Assembly: GCF_036245865.1 (NCBI RefSeq) | Contig: NZ_BTTW01000008.1 | Coordinates: 224,396 to 288,395, forward strand | From: Corallococcus caeni | Lineage (GTDB): Bacteria > Myxococcota > Myxococcia > Myxococcales > Myxococcaceae | Direction of reading: 5' to 3' | DNA length: 64,000 nucleotides | Shown here: positions 9,701 to 18,835 of the stretch, piece after piece | How positions within the stretch are numbered: position 1 is the stretch's first letter | Layout: each line of letters opens with the position of its first letter | The notes under the pieces: model-generated | Database searches by the model: none | Seen by the model: only the letters and a program-made list of their open reading frames with translations | What the model was told of the DNA's origin: nothing | Made by a program: the position numbers and the translations under genes

Positions 9701-10044
9701 GTGGGCAGCAGCACGGCCTGCGTGATGTTGCCCTGGATGCCGGTGGCGCCCGCGGAGGTCCAGGCGCCGGTGGCCGGGTCATACAGGTCCGCCGTGGTCA
9801 CGAACCCGGTCCGGTTGACGCCGTTGATGATCAACAGCTTCCCGTCCGGGAGCAGGACGGCCGCGTGTTGCGCGCGGGGCCCCGCCATGGACGCGGTGGC
9901 GTACCAGGCCGGCGCCGTCGCGAGACGGGAGGTCGCGGCGCCGGCGCCCTCCGGTGCCGGGCGCTCGTTGCCGCCGCACGACAGAAGGCCCAGGCTCGCG
10001 CAGAACACCAGGAGCCCGCTCCAGACAGCGCGTTGTGATCGCAT
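6754..10044 (-). CDS. Giant Kelch-repeat lipoprotein with HYR/Ig-like domains and a MYXO-CTERM-like sorting tail
   Basis: Lipoprotein signal LLVFCASLGLLSCGG, then more than 15 Kelch units (LLPDGKVLVxGG ... AELYDPATxTW). HYR-like segments follow (TCPANVTAEATGADGADVTYDP; LTCSFQVTVQDTTAPALTCPADV). The C-terminus GGGCDSTGGTTSALALLAALAAWSQSRRRQ has the Cys, hydrophobic stretch and Arg run of a MYXO-CTERM signal. Confidence 0.8.
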   Translation of the reverse strand: MRSQRAVWSGLLVFCASLGLLSCGGNERPAPEGAGAATSRLATAPAWYATASMAGPRAQHAAVLLPDGKLLIINGVNRTGFVTTADLYDPATGAWTSAGATGIQGNITQAVLLPTGKVLVLTDGSAAGRLYDPATGAWTATGNMSTTRSTPTLTLLGTGQALVAGGTGAGGVRLTSAELYDPVANAFVPTGAMTLGRNAHTATRLRDGQVLAVSGFSGAGEVPGADRYNPATGTWTAAAAPLVARHYFTSTLLPDGRVLVAGGFAAGGATTQSELYDPVANTWTATGSLAFPRAGHMATLLPDGRVLVTGGSVSNSVPQIESEIYDPATGTWAAAGTMNVARENHTATLLPNGKVFIAGGFASAPALTFYAETEVYDPALSRWSPAGAMGTPRTDAAVALLPSGQVLVAGGRGQFTSSSAAELYDRASNSWTALPALATPRERATATVLPSGQVLIVGGRNTNTSTASVERFDPTTNTWLPTATLLGTRHLHTATLLPDGRVLVVGGQSNTTVLGSAEVYAPDTNTWTPAGSLATARAGHRAVLLQNGRVLVVGGHGGGGSELASAEIYDPATNTWAAAASLAGARDELTLTLLPSGQVLAAGGIAAFTELTTSELYTPGTNSWASVGALTQPRWLHSATLMPNGKVLAAGGITTNGDYANTAEVYDPMLRRWLNVADPTTAGGLVTVALPSGEVLLTGGLATPNAELFDDTGALPAWRPTVTNPPTFVAGCPTVLEGLLFRGISGASSGNSADSSTDFPLVRLRAAEGGRLWTLPSSDTSATRATVTVPTGTPVGTYGLSVFANAIPGGRTVTVVANRPPTAADQTVTVPKDTAVELGLNGTDPDPGQVLTWTIVTQPQHGTLGTSAQGHLAYTPAPGYVGPDSFTYRVRDCVDDSNLATVTLNVVDAVPTLTCPANVTAEATGADGADVTYDPAVLEPAGLPVIYSQASGSRFPLGTTTVTATSSGLTCSFQVTVQDTTAPALTCPADVLVGPGEPVTFNPTATDAVTASPTVTSSPASGSTFAPGATQVTVTATDAAGNTAQCTFQVRVQAEVVEIAGGGCDSTGGTTSALALLAALAAWSQSRRRQNPAGEN

Positions 10045-10173
10045 CGATGAAACCCCGATCCGCGAGGGCTGGCGCGAACGTGACCGTTGGCCCGCCGCTC
10101 GACGTGAACACTCCGGATGGCGGATTATCAGCGGGCCGGGTGGTGGGGCAATGCGTGAAAAAATCCGGTGCGG

Positions 10174-10503
10174 TCATCCATCCCGTGGATCGGAGATGGG
10201 CGTCGGGGGAGGCTCCAGGAAGCGGCGCCACCAGTGGCGGGTCTCCTCTTCGGAGTAGCCGTCCCAGGTGTCGGAGCGGGTGAAGGGCAGGAGCCAGGGT
10301 TCCAGGAACCCTGCCAGTTCGCGATACGCCGGCAGCGTTTCGCCCAGTTTCGTGTCTCCCGCCAGTGGCGCGGGGCCCAGGCGGATCAGGGCACGGCCCC
10401 CGGTGAGTTCCTGGACGGTGGTCTCCGGATGTTTCAATGGCGAAAGCATCCATGGGTCGCGGAGTCCGTCGTCTGCGCATAGCGCGTGGGTGCCGAAGCG
10501 CAC
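10174..10503 (-). CDS. Hypothetical protein, possibly a frameshifted continuation or operon partner of the upstream gene
   Basis: The translation looks protein-like (DTWDGYSEEETRHWWRRFLEPPP). It lies 42 nt downstream of the 10546..11535 gene in another frame. Confidence 0.35.
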   Translation of the reverse strand: MRFGTHALCADDGLRDPWMLSPLKHPETTVQELTGGRALIRLGPAPLAGDTKLGETLPAYRELAGFLEPWLLPFTRSDTWDGYSEEETRHWWRRFLEPPPTPISDPRDG

Positions 10504-10545
10504 GACAGGCTCAGCAGGGCCATCACCCCGCCCGGCAGTCGCCCC

Positions 10546-11535
10546 TCAATCATCGTCCTCGCCCACGTCATGCGCCGCCGCGTTGAACAGGCCGAAGCCT
10601 CCCGCCTCCTCGCTCGAAATGTCCGCCCGGCGCAGCGCGGGGGAATCCCGTGTCTGTCCCACCGCCATCCAGCGGGGCGCGGCCAGCAGCACGCCGTCCT
10701 TCGGCAGCTCCGGCAAGAGGTGCTCCAGGTCCCCGAGGATGAACTCCGCGTGCCCCACGTCCTTGGGCTCCGCCAGGCCTTCCGGTGGATGCCACGGCCC
10801 TCCGTCCAGGTGGCCGAAGGGGAAGCTCCCCGTGCCGCTCGCGCCCCCGTACCCGCCCTCCAGGAGCTGCCGCGTCCGCTCCTCGCCCCCCGTCACCGAC
10901 GGCAGACAGACGCGCGTCAGCCACTCCCAGGTCGCCGTGCCCTGCTCCACGGGCCAGTCCAGCTCCACCGTGTCGTCCGCCTTCGCCAGCAGCGCGTCGA
11001 CGTACGCGCACGCCGCGCGCGGTCCCAGCACTCCGCCCCGGCGCGCCTCCTCCACCGCCGCGGGCCACAGCTCCTCGCGGTAGTAGTGCGCGAAGTAGAA
11101 CCCCGGCTCCTCCCACTCCGGCCGCGCGCCCCGGGGCAGCTTCGCCAGCACCAGCCCGCTCGACAGGTACGCCGGCCCGGTGGCCCGGGGATGGAACTGG
11201 CTGAACGCGAGGCGGAACACCCGCACCGCCAGCCCCGCCTCCTCCGTCGCCTCCAGCCCCTCCGGACAGCCCGCCCGCAGGTGGAAGTCGTCGAAGCGCA
11301 GGAACACGTCCACCCCGATGCCCACCGCGTTCTGGCACAGCGACTCCAGGCACGCCGCCAGCGGATGCCCCGCGGCCACCGAGCCAGGGGCCTCCCACGC
11401 GGCCTCCTGGATGAGCCGCGTCCCGGTCTCCACCCGGAGCGACAGCCGCACCCGGCCTCCCGGAGAGGGCGCCTCCCCGTGCCGCACGTCCTCTCCGTGA
11501 AGCGCGCCGCGATGTTCCTGCCCTGGGGTCCTCAT
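10546..11535 (-). CDS. Hypothetical protein (family not recognised)
   Basis: I trimmed the 478-aa ORF to the Met at 11535 because its 5' part is antisense to the MnmC-like gene. The remaining 329 aa look protein-like (GFYFAHYYREELWPAAVEEARRGG, acidic C-tail). Confidence 0.5.
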   Translation of the reverse strand: MRTPGQEHRGALHGEDVRHGEAPSPGGRVRLSLRVETGTRLIQEAAWEAPGSVAAGHPLAACLESLCQNAVGIGVDVFLRFDDFHLRAGCPEGLEATEEAGLAVRVFRLAFSQFHPRATGPAYLSSGLVLAKLPRGARPEWEEPGFYFAHYYREELWPAAVEEARRGGVLGPRAACAYVDALLAKADDTVELDWPVEQGTATWEWLTRVCLPSVTGGEERTRQLLEGGYGGASGTGSFPFGHLDGGPWHPPEGLAEPKDVGHAEFILGDLEHLLPELPKDGVLLAAPRWMAVGQTRDSPALRRADISSEEAGGFGLFNAAAHDVGEDDD

Positions 11536-11583
11536 GCTAGGCACCCATCCTTTCCCACACGTCCCCTCCAGGCCAGGAGCCCC

Positions 11584-12429
11584 ATGTCCGAGCCCTCCCA
11601 TCCGCGCGACGGCGACTTCGAACTCGTCACCCTGCGCAACGGCCACCGCGCCGTGCGCCACCTGGGCCATGGCGAGGTCATGCACCCCGCTGTCGGCCCG
11701 TGGCAGGAGGCCCTGCGCCTCTACGTGGACCAGCCCGGCCTCGCGGACCGCCTGCGCAAGCCCGGACCGCCGCTCGTCATCCACGACGTGGGCCTGGGCG
11801 CCGCCACCAACGCCGTCGCCGCGCTCACCCGCGCCCGCGAGCTGGGCCCCCAGCGCGCCCGCGACCTGCACGTCGTCAGCTTCGAGGTGGACCTGGCCCC
11901 GCTGCGCCTGGCGCTCGCGGACGCGGAGGGCTTCCCGTTCCTCCAGCCGTTCCGCGAGGCCTGTGAGGGCCTCATGAAGCACGGCACCTGGTCCGAGCCC
12001 GGCATCCGGTGGGAGCTCAAGCTGGGGGACGCGGTGCCCTTCCTGGATGCGGCGCTGCCCCCGGCCGACCTCGTCTTCTTCGACCCGTTCTCACCCGCGT
12101 CCAACCCGGACATGTGGACCGAAGCGGTGCTCGCCCGGGTGCGCCGACACTGCCGGGAGGACGGGGAGGGCGCCCTGCTGATGACCTACAGCGCGGCCAC
12201 GCCCACCCGCGTCACGCTGCTGCTCGCGGGGTTCTACGTGGGCGCCGGCGTGTCCACCGGCGCCAAGGGGGAGACCACCGTGGCCTCGACCCGCTACGAA
12301 ACCCTGGCCGCCCCGCTGGGGACCCGGTGGCTGGAGCGCTGGGAGCGCTCGTCCTCCCGGGCCCCGCATGGGGCCACCCTCACGCCTGAGGTCGAGCGTC
12401 GCCTGCGGACCCATCCTCAGTGGCGCTGA
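11584..12429 (+). CDS. Standalone MnmC-type SAM-dependent tRNA (mnm5s2U34) methyltransferase domain (PF05430-like)
   Basis: LVIHDVGLGAATNAVAAL and DLVFFDPFSPASNPDMWTE match the MnmC methyltransferase-domain signatures (DGFSPxxNPxLW). No FAD oxidase domain is attached. The 5' part of ORF 10486..12429 was rejected. Confidence 0.7.
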   Translation: MSEPSHPRDGDFELVTLRNGHRAVRHLGHGEVMHPAVGPWQEALRLYVDQPGLADRLRKPGPPLVIHDVGLGAATNAVAALTRARELGPQRARDLHVVSFEVDLAPLRLALADAEGFPFLQPFREACEGLMKHGTWSEPGIRWELKLGDAVPFLDAALPPADLVFFDPFSPASNPDMWTEAVLARVRRHCREDGEGALLMTYSAATPTRVTLLLAGFYVGAGVSTGAKGETTVASTRYETLAAPLGTRWLERWERSSSRAPHGATLTPEVERRLRTHPQWR

Positions 12430-13006
12430 GCGCCGTCTCGACGGGGGCCTCGCTCCAGCGCAGGTGGAACGTCGCCGCCGTGCCGTCGAACTCCTCCGGC
12501 AGCGCCACCACCCGCCAGCCCCCGCACAGCTGCACCGCGCGCGCCAGCAACCCCGCCGCGAACGTCGGCTGATCCGCCAGCACGTCGTTCATCCACAGCT
12601 CCAGCGACGTCGCGCCGCGCTCCACGATTTTGACTTCACTGAAGTTGTTGCCGGCGCGAAAGCCCACGTCCGCCCGCAGCAGCATCCGCCGGGGACCGGC
12701 CAGCCGGCCCACGCCCAGGAGGGCGCGGCCAAAGAAGGTGCCGAAGTAGGCGTCCATGAAGCGCTCGCCCAGGGAGTAGTACGCGGCCTCCGCGGGCACG
12801 CCGCCATAGACGTGGCCGGCCGCGATGCGCAGGAACTCCCGCCACTGTTCCAGCGAATACGTGCGTTCCAGCTTGCGGTCGAGGTCCAGCCCCGCCCGCT
12901 TCAGGTGCTCGCGGCACGCGGGCGTCAGGCGGTTCTCCAGCGCTCGGACGAAGAGCGCGTCGACGGTCTGGGCGAAGACAAGCTTCTCAGGATTCATGCG
13001 AAGCAC
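12380..13006 (-). CDS. Myxococcales-restricted paralogous family protein (TIGR02265/DUF2378-like)
   Basis: FVRALENRLTPACREHLKRAGLDLDRKL ... SLGERFMDAYFGTFFG ... GWRVVALPEEFDGTAATFHLRWSE resembles the Myxococcus paralogous family. It overlaps the end of the MnmC-like gene convergently by about 50 nt. Confidence 0.5.
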   Translation of the reverse strand: MLRMNPEKLVFAQTVDALFVRALENRLTPACREHLKRAGLDLDRKLERTYSLEQWREFLRIAAGHVYGGVPAEAAYYSLGERFMDAYFGTFFGRALLGVGRLAGPRRMLLRADVGFRAGNNFSEVKIVERGATSLELWMNDVLADQPTFAAGLLARAVQLCGGWRVVALPEEFDGTAATFHLRWSEAPVETALSATEDGSAGDARPQA

Positions 13007-13076
13007 CCTACACGAAGCCCCCCATGCGATGCTCCCCCACCTGTGTACTGACGTTCAGTGCCGCGCCCCCCGAGTG

Positions 13077-14078
13077 TCAGGAAGCTGGCGCGCGCCGCAC
13101 CCTTCGTGAACTCCGGGTGTTTTCAGACCCCGCGCTGACGGCGCGCGCCACGAGCCCGCGCAGCCACTGGTGGGCGGGGTCGCCGTCGAAGCGCTCGTGC
13201 CAGACCTGGAGGATGTCGAAGGTCGGCACCGGGATGGGCGGGGGGAACACCTGGAGCGCGTACGCCTCGCGGAACGCGGCGATGAGGCGGCGGGGCGCGG
13301 TGAGGACGTAATCCGAGCGCGACACCGCCAGCGGGGCGATGAGGAAGTAGGGCACCCGCAGGGCGATGCGGCGCGGGGGCAGGCCGCGCCTGGCCAGGAC
13401 CATGTCCACCGCGCCCACTCCGTCGCCGCGGGGGCTGATGAGGATGTGGGACAGCTTCAGGTAGGTGTCCAGGTCCAGCGTGCGGCGCACGGTGGGGTGG
13501 TCCTTGCGCACCACGCAGACGAAGTCCTCGGTGAGCAGCTTCTTCTGGCGAAGCCCCGGCCCGGCCTCCACCGGCGGCGAGACGACGGTCAGGTCCACGG
13601 CGCCCGTCTCCAGGAGCGCGGGGTAGGTGTGGCCGTCCACGTGCAGCACGGACAGGTCCACGCCGGGGGCCTCGCGGCCCAGCAGCTCCAGCGCGCCCGG
13701 CAGCAGCACGGTCCCGAAGTAGTCGCGAGTGGCCACGGTGAAGCGGCGCGACGCGGTGGCGGGTTCGAAGGGGGGCTCGTGGCGCAGGGCCCGCCGCAGC
13801 TCCGCCAGCCCCCGTTGCAGCGGCGCGGCCAGCTGCTGCGCGCGCGGCGTCAGCACCATGCCGCCCCGCCCCCGGATGAGGAGCGCGTCACCCAAGAGCT
13901 CCCGCAGCTGGGCGAGCGCATGGCTCATGGCGGACTGGGTGAGGCCCACGCGGGCGGCGGCGCGGGTGACGTGCGCCTCCTGGAGCAGCGCGTCCAGCGC
14001 CACCATCAGGTTCAGGTTGATGCCGGAGAGGTCGACCTCGGCGGGAAGCGGGGCCGGGGTTTCATGAGCGCGGCGCAT
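13077..14078 (-). CDS. LysR-family transcriptional regulator
   Basis: HTH (INLNLMVALDALLQEAHVTRAAARVGLTQSAMSHALAQLRELLGDALLIR) plus a substrate-binding domain. Only the 3' 333 codons of the 1506-aa antisense ORF are credible. The start is the ATG at 14078. Confidence 0.85.
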   Translation of the reverse strand: MRRAHETPAPLPAEVDLSGINLNLMVALDALLQEAHVTRAAARVGLTQSAMSHALAQLRELLGDALLIRGRGGMVLTPRAQQLAAPLQRGLAELRRALRHEPPFEPATASRRFTVATRDYFGTVLLPGALELLGREAPGVDLSVLHVDGHTYPALLETGAVDLTVVSPPVEAGPGLRQKKLLTEDFVCVVRKDHPTVRRTLDLDTYLKLSHILISPRGDGVGAVDMVLARRGLPPRRIALRVPYFLIAPLAVSRSDYVLTAPRRLIAAFREAYALQVFPPPIPVPTFDILQVWHERFDGDPAHQWLRGLVARAVSAGSENTRSSRRVRRAPAS

Positions 14079-14159
14079 GGGGACATGAATAGCATGCAGT
14101 GGCCTCATGCAGGGCGCGGGGGCACTGTTGCGCCATCTCGCTGTCGCCGGAGGCACCCC

Positions 14160-15053
14160 ATGTCCATCGTCATCAACACCCCGAATGGCAACATCGGCCG
14201 TTCCCTCGTCCAGAAGCTGCTGAAGGCCGGCCACAAGGTCACGGTCATCTCCCGCACGCCGGAGAAGGTGGCGGACCTGGTGAAGCAGGGCGCGAAGTGG
14301 GTGCAGGGCTCCATCGACGCGCAGGCCACGCTGGACGCGGCACTCCCGGGCGCGGAGGCGCTGTTCTGGCTCACGCCGTCCGCGCCCCGTCCGGACTTCG
14401 TGGAGTGGGCCACGGCCACCGGGCGGATGGCCGCGGAGCGCGTGAAGGCGCACGGCGTGAAGCGCGTGGTGCTCATCTCCAGCGTCGGCGCGCAGAACGG
14501 GCCGGGGTCGGGGCCGGTGTCCTCGCTGAAGGCCATTGAAGAGGCCTTCCAGGCGGCGGCGCCCAACGTCGTCAGCCTGCGCGCGGGCTTCTTCATGGAG
14601 AACCTGCTGCGCGACGTGCAGGGCCTGGCGAAGACGGGCGCCATCTTCAGCCCGAACCCGGAGACGAAGCGCTTCCCGATGGTCGCGACGGCGGACATCG
14701 CGGCCAAGGCCGCCGGGTTCCTGACGGACGCGTCGTGGACGGGCCACCGCTACGTGGGCGTGCACGGCCCGCAGGACCTCACCTATCCGGAGGTCGCGAG
14801 CATCCTCACCCAGGTGCTGGGCCTGCCCGTGAAGTACGTGCGGGTGGGGCTGGAGGACGCGCGCAACAGCATGACGGGCGCGGGCATGCCCTCGTGGATG
14901 GCGGACAGCTTCGTGGAGATGTACGGCGCCATCCAGGACGGGCGCATGGACCCCGCGGAGCCGCGCTCGAAGGAGACGACCACGCCCACCACGCTGGCGG
15001 AGTTCGCCAGCACCGTGCTCAAGCCGGTGTTGGAGCAGGCGCGCGCGTCGTAA
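14160..15053 (+). CDS. NmrA-like NAD(P)H-binding protein (atypical SDR)
   Basis: MSIVINTPNGNIGRSLVQKLLKAGHKVTVISR is a Rossmann GxxGxxG motif, with NmrA-like downstream sequence. It is divergent from the LysR gene. Confidence 0.8.
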   Translation: MSIVINTPNGNIGRSLVQKLLKAGHKVTVISRTPEKVADLVKQGAKWVQGSIDAQATLDAALPGAEALFWLTPSAPRPDFVEWATATGRMAAERVKAHGVKRVVLISSVGAQNGPGSGPVSSLKAIEEAFQAAAPNVVSLRAGFFMENLLRDVQGLAKTGAIFSPNPETKRFPMVATADIAAKAAGFLTDASWTGHRYVGVHGPQDLTYPEVASILTQVLGLPVKYVRVGLEDARNSMTGAGMPSWMADSFVEMYGAIQDGRMDPAEPRSKETTTPTTLAEFASTVLKPVLEQARAS

Positions 15054-15143
15054 GGGGAACCCCGCGTCCGCCTGGCCGTCCGCCCGCGGAAACGGACGGG
15101 GGAACGTCCGCCACCCCGTCCTCTTCCTCCCGACTGGTGCACG

Positions 15144-17969
15144 ATGGGGGCCGACCGGAGATTCACCCGGTACGGCCACCCCACCGAACACGAGCGCACC
15201 ATGGACGAGCAACGCCCCGCCACGCCCCCGGCCCGGACGGACCCCTCCATCGACCTGCTTCACCAGCGCACGCGCCAGCCGCTGGAGGTCCTCTTCTCTC
15301 CCCGCAGCGTCGCGGTGGTGGGGGCGAGCGAGCGCCCCGGCAGCGTGGGCCGCACCGTCCTCTGGAACCTCATCAGCAGCCCGTTCGGCGGCACCGTCTA
15401 TCCCGTCAACCCGCAGCGCCCCAACGTGCTGGGCATCAAGGCGTGGCCCTCCCTGCGCGCGCTGCCGGAGGCGGTGGACCTGGCCGTCATCGTCACCCCG
15501 GCGAAGTCCGTGCCGGCCGTCATCCGCGAGTGCGCGGAGGTCGGCGTCAAGGGCGCCATCATCATCTCCGCGGGCTTCAAGGAGACGGGCCCGGAGGGCG
15601 TGAAGCTGGAGCAGGAGGTGCTGCGCATCGCGCAGGCCGCGAACCTGCGCATCATCGGGCCCAACTGCCTGGGCGTGATGCGCCCCACGGGCGGCTTCAA
15701 CGCCACCTTCGCCAAGGGCATGGCCCGCCCCGGCAACGTGGCCTTCATCAGCCAGTCCGGCGCGCTGCTCACCTCCATCCTGGACTGGAGCCTGCGCGAG
15801 GCCGTGGGCTTCAGCGCCTTCGTCTCCGTGGGCTCCATGCTGGACGTGGGCTGGGGAGACCTCATCGACTTCCTCGCGGATGATCCGATGACGCGCTCCA
15901 TCCTGCTCTACATGGAGTCCATCGGCGACGCGCGCGCCTTCCTGTCCGCCGCGCGCGAGGTGGCGCTCACCAAGCCCATCATCGTCATCAAGGCCGGCCG
16001 CACCGCGCAGGCCGCGCAGGCCGCCGCGTCGCACACCGGCACGCTGGCCGGCAGCGACGAGGTGCTCTCCGCCGCCTTCCGCCGCGCGGGCGTGCTGCGC
16101 GTGGACTCCATCGAGGACCTCTTCCACATGGCGGAGGTGCTGGCCCGCCAGCCCCGGCCCTCCGGCCGCAGGCTCACGCTGCTCACCAACGCGGGCGGCC
16201 CCGCGGTGCTCGCCACGGACGCGCTGGTGTCCGGCGGCGGAGAGCTGGCCGTGCTGTCCGACGACACGCGCGCGCGGCTGGACGCCTTCCTGCCGCCGCC
16301 GTGGAGCCACGCCAACCCGGTGGACATCCTGGGAGACGCGGACGCGGAGCGCTACGCGAAGGCGCTGGAGACCACCGGCGCGGACCCCAACAGCGACGGC
16401 CTGCTCGTCATCCTCACCCCGCAGGACATGACGGAGCCCACCCAGACGGCGGACCGCCTCAAGGGCTACGCGAAGCTGCCCGGCAAGCCCGTGCTCGCGA
16501 GCTGGATGGGCGGCTCCGAAGTGGCCGCCGGCGAGCGCATCCTCAACGACGCGGGCATCCCGACCTTCGGCTACCCGGACACCGCGGCCCGGGTCTTCAA
16601 CTACATGTGGCGCTACTCGGACAACATCGCCGGGCTCTATGAGACGCCCACGCTGGCGGAGGAGCCCACCGGCGGTGGCCGTGACGTGGCGCGCGCGCTG
16701 GTGGACGAGGCCCGCGCCGCCGGCCGCACCCTCCTGTCCGAGTACGAGTCCAAGCGCCTGCTGGCCGCCTACGGCATCCCCACCGTGGAGACGTGGCTGG
16801 CGACGAGCGAGGACGAGGCGGTGGAGAAGGCCCGCGCGCTGGGCTTCCCCGTGGTGCTCAAGCTGCACTCGCTCACGGTGACGCACAAGACGGACGTGGG
16901 CGGCGTGCGGCTGGACCTGCGCGACGAACCCCAGGTGCGGGAGGCCTTCCGCGCCATCCGCGACGCGCTCACGGAGCGGGGGCTGGCGGACGCGTTCGAC
17001 GGCGTCACCGTGCAGCCCATGGCGAAGCTGGACGGCTACGAGCTGATTCTGGGCAGCAGCCTGGACGCGCAGTTCGGCCCGGTGCTGCTCTTTGGCGCGG
17101 GCGGCACGCTGGTGGAGGTGATGCAGGACCGGGCCCTGGGCCTGCCGCCCCTCAACACCACGCTGGCGCGCCGGATGATGGAGCGCACGCGCATCCACCA
17201 CGCGCTCAAGGGCGTGCGCGGCCGGGCGCCCGTGGACCTGGGCGCGCTGGAGCGGCTGATGGTGCGCTTCAGCCAGTTGGTGGTGGAGCAGCCCTTCATC
17301 CGCGAGCTGGACATCAACCCGCTGCTCGTCTCCGCGGAGCGCATCATCGCGCTGGACGCGCGCGTGGTGCTGCACCCGCCGGACGTCACCGCCGCGTCGC
17401 TGCCGAAGCTCGCCATCGAACCGTACCCGCACCAGTACGCGCAGCTGCTCACGCTGAAGAACGGCGAGCAGCTGCTCGTGCGCCCCATCCGCCCGGAAGA
17501 CGAGCCCGCCATGGGCCGCTTCCACCAGGCCCTGTCCGAACAGACGGTGTTCATGCGCTACGCGGGCCTGATGAAGCTCAGCCAGCGCGTGGCCCACGAG
17601 CGCCTGGCGCGCATCTGCTTCAACGACTACGCGCGGGAGATGGCGCTCGTCGCGGAGCGGCCGTCACCGGACGGGAAGGGTGGGGGAGAGATATTGGCGG
17701 TGGGCCGGCTCACGCGCCTGCGCGGCACGAAGGACGCGGAGTTCGCCATCACCGTCAGCGACAAGGCGCAGCGGCTGGGCCTGGGCACGGAGCTGCTCCG
17801 GCGGCTGGTGGACGTCGGCCGGGACTGGGGCCTGCGCCGCATCGTCGCGGACATCCTCACGCGCAACCGCGGCATGCAGGCCGTCAGCAAGAAGCTGGGG
17901 TTCACCCTCGTGGAACACGAGGAGCTGGCCCCGGACATGGTGAAGGCCGTGAAGGTGCTCAACGGCTGA
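15144..17969 (+). CDS. Pat-type protein lysine acetyltransferase: NDP-forming acyl-CoA synthetase-like (CoA-binding, ligase-CoA, ATP-grasp) fused to a C-terminal GNAT
   Basis: CoA-binding fold ([15 protein letters not shown] ... [12 protein letters not shown]), succinyl-CoA-synthetase-like flavodoxin domain, ATP-grasp, and a C-terminal GNAT ([13 protein letters not shown]...[12 protein letters not shown]). The start may instead be MDEQRP at 15201. Confidence 0.8.
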   Translation: MGADRRFTRYGHPTEHERTMDEQRPATPPARTDPSIDLLHQRTRQPLEVLFSPRSVAVVGASERPGSVGRTVLWNLISSPFGGTVYPVNPQRPNVLGIKAWPSLRALPEAVDLAVIVTPAKSVPAVIRECAEVGVKGAIIISAGFKETGPEGVKLEQEVLRIAQAANLRIIGPNCLGVMRPTGGFNATFAKGMARPGNVAFISQSGALLTSILDWSLREAVGFSAFVSVGSMLDVGWGDLIDFLADDPMTRSILLYMESIGDARAFLSAAREVALTKPIIVIKAGRTAQAAQAAASHTGTLAGSDEVLSAAFRRAGVLRVDSIEDLFHMAEVLARQPRPSGRRLTLLTNAGGPAVLATDALVSGGGELAVLSDDTRARLDAFLPPPWSHANPVDILGDADAERYAKALETTGADPNSDGLLVILTPQDMTEPTQTADRLKGYAKLPGKPVLASWMGGSEVAAGERILNDAGIPTFGYPDTAARVFNYMWRYSDNIAGLYETPTLAEEPTGGGRDVARALVDEARAAGRTLLSEYESKRLLAAYGIPTVETWLATSEDEAVEKARALGFPVVLKLHSLTVTHKTDVGGVRLDLRDEPQVREAFRAIRDALTERGLADAFDGVTVQPMAKLDGYELILGSSLDAQFGPVLLFGAGGTLVEVMQDRALGLPPLNTTLARRMMERTRIHHALKGVRGRAPVDLGALERLMVRFSQLVVEQPFIRELDINPLLVSAERIIALDARVVLHPPDVTAASLPKLAIEPYPHQYAQLLTLKNGEQLLVRPIRPEDEPAMGRFHQALSEQTVFMRYAGLMKLSQRVAHERLARICFNDYAREMALVAERPSPDGKGGGEILAVGRLTRLRGTKDAEFAITVSDKAQRLGLGTELLRRLVDVGRDWGLRRIVADILTRNRGMQAVSKKLGFTLVEHEELAPDMVKAVKVLNG

Positions 17970-17999
17970 CCGTGCCCGGGGCCCTACTGCCTCACGGCA

Positions 18000-18818
18000 C
18001 TACACGTCGTCGCAGGGCGTGCCCAGCCGCGCGCCCGTGTAGACGCCCAGCTCGTTGTAGATGAACGGCAGGTTCTCCCCTACCGGCACCGCGCGCAGCT
18101 TCTGGCGCTTGCTCTTGACCACCCAGAACGACGGCTCCTCGCGGTCCACCACGAGGCGCAGGTCGCCGCCCTGCGTGGAGAAGATCTCCCCCTGCGAGTC
18201 GGTGACGACGTTGAGCATCTTCTGCTGCTTCACCTGGCCGCGCTGGCCCGTGAAGATGCGGAAGCTCTTGTTGTCCGCGCCGATGCCGCGCTCCACCAGG
18301 TAGTACGTGCCCTTGTCGTCGCGCAGCAGCGCGTACGGCTGGAACTTCGTCGGGCTGGGCTGGTAGGCGGCCTTGCGCAGGAGCTCCTTCGCCTGATCCG
18401 CCGGCACCGGCTGCTGCGGCAGGCTCTTCTCACCGCAGCGCAGCGCGCACGTCTTGAAGTCGTCGCTCAGCTTCACGTCGGAGACGACCCGGTAGTCCAT
18501 GCCGCGGAAGTTGTCGTTGGCCTTGGGGTTGAAGAAGCGGGGCTCGAAGAAGGCACCGTCCGTGGCGGTGGGATAGCCCACGGGCCGCACCTGCGTGAAC
18601 GTCTTGCCGTCCCCGTAGTACAGGTCTCCGCCGTCGTGCTCCGGCGAGTGGGGGACGAGGACCGTGTAGTGGCCCTTGCCGTCCGCGCAGACCTTCGCGG
18701 ACTCCAGCACCATGCGCTCACGCAGCTTCTGTTCCTTCCCCCAGGGGGGATCCAGCGCGAGCGCGGCTTGCGGGGCCAGGACGAGCCCCAGGGCGATGAC
18801 CATGTGTCGAAGCGTCAT
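18000..18818 (-). CDS. Secreted hypothetical protein
   Basis: Signal peptide MTLRHMVIALGLVLAPQAALALD. The upstream 65 codons of the ORF begin at GTG and look non-coding. It is last in a kinase-lipoprotein operon on the minus strand. Confidence 0.5.
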   Translation of the reverse strand: MTLRHMVIALGLVLAPQAALALDPPWGKEQKLRERMVLESAKVCADGKGHYTVLVPHSPEHDGGDLYYGDGKTFTQVRPVGYPTATDGAFFEPRFFNPKANDNFRGMDYRVVSDVKLSDDFKTCALRCGEKSLPQQPVPADQAKELLRKAAYQPSPTKFQPYALLRDDKGTYYLVERGIGADNKSFRIFTGQRGQVKQQKMLNVVTDSQGEIFSTQGGDLRLVVDREEPSFWVVKSKRQKLRAVPVGENLPFIYNELGVYTGARLGTPCDDV

Positions 18819-18835
18819 GTCGGTGGGCTTTCGTT

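Noticed and set aside
4861-10038. 1725-aa plus-strand ORF
   Set aside because: It is antisense to the OmpA/TSP3 and Kelch genes, both of which have signal peptides and domain signatures. Its translation is low-complexity R/G/A-rich sequence.
10486-11583. 5' 366 codons of plus-strand ORF 10486..12429
   Set aside because: It is antisense to the 10546..11535 gene and has no methyltransferase features. The MnmC-like domain begins at the Met at 11584.
15056-15110. Hairpin CCGTCCG-cccgcggaaa-CGGACGG after the NmrA-like gene as a terminator
   Set aside because: It has a short 7-bp stem and no U-tract. The Pat gene follows on the same strand about 90 nt later, so read-through is likely. I have not called it.
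14079-17597. Upstream 1170 codons of the 1506-aa minus-strand ORF 13077..17597
   Set aside because: Only the last 333 codons form a LysR regulator. The remainder is antisense to the NmrA-like and Pat genes.
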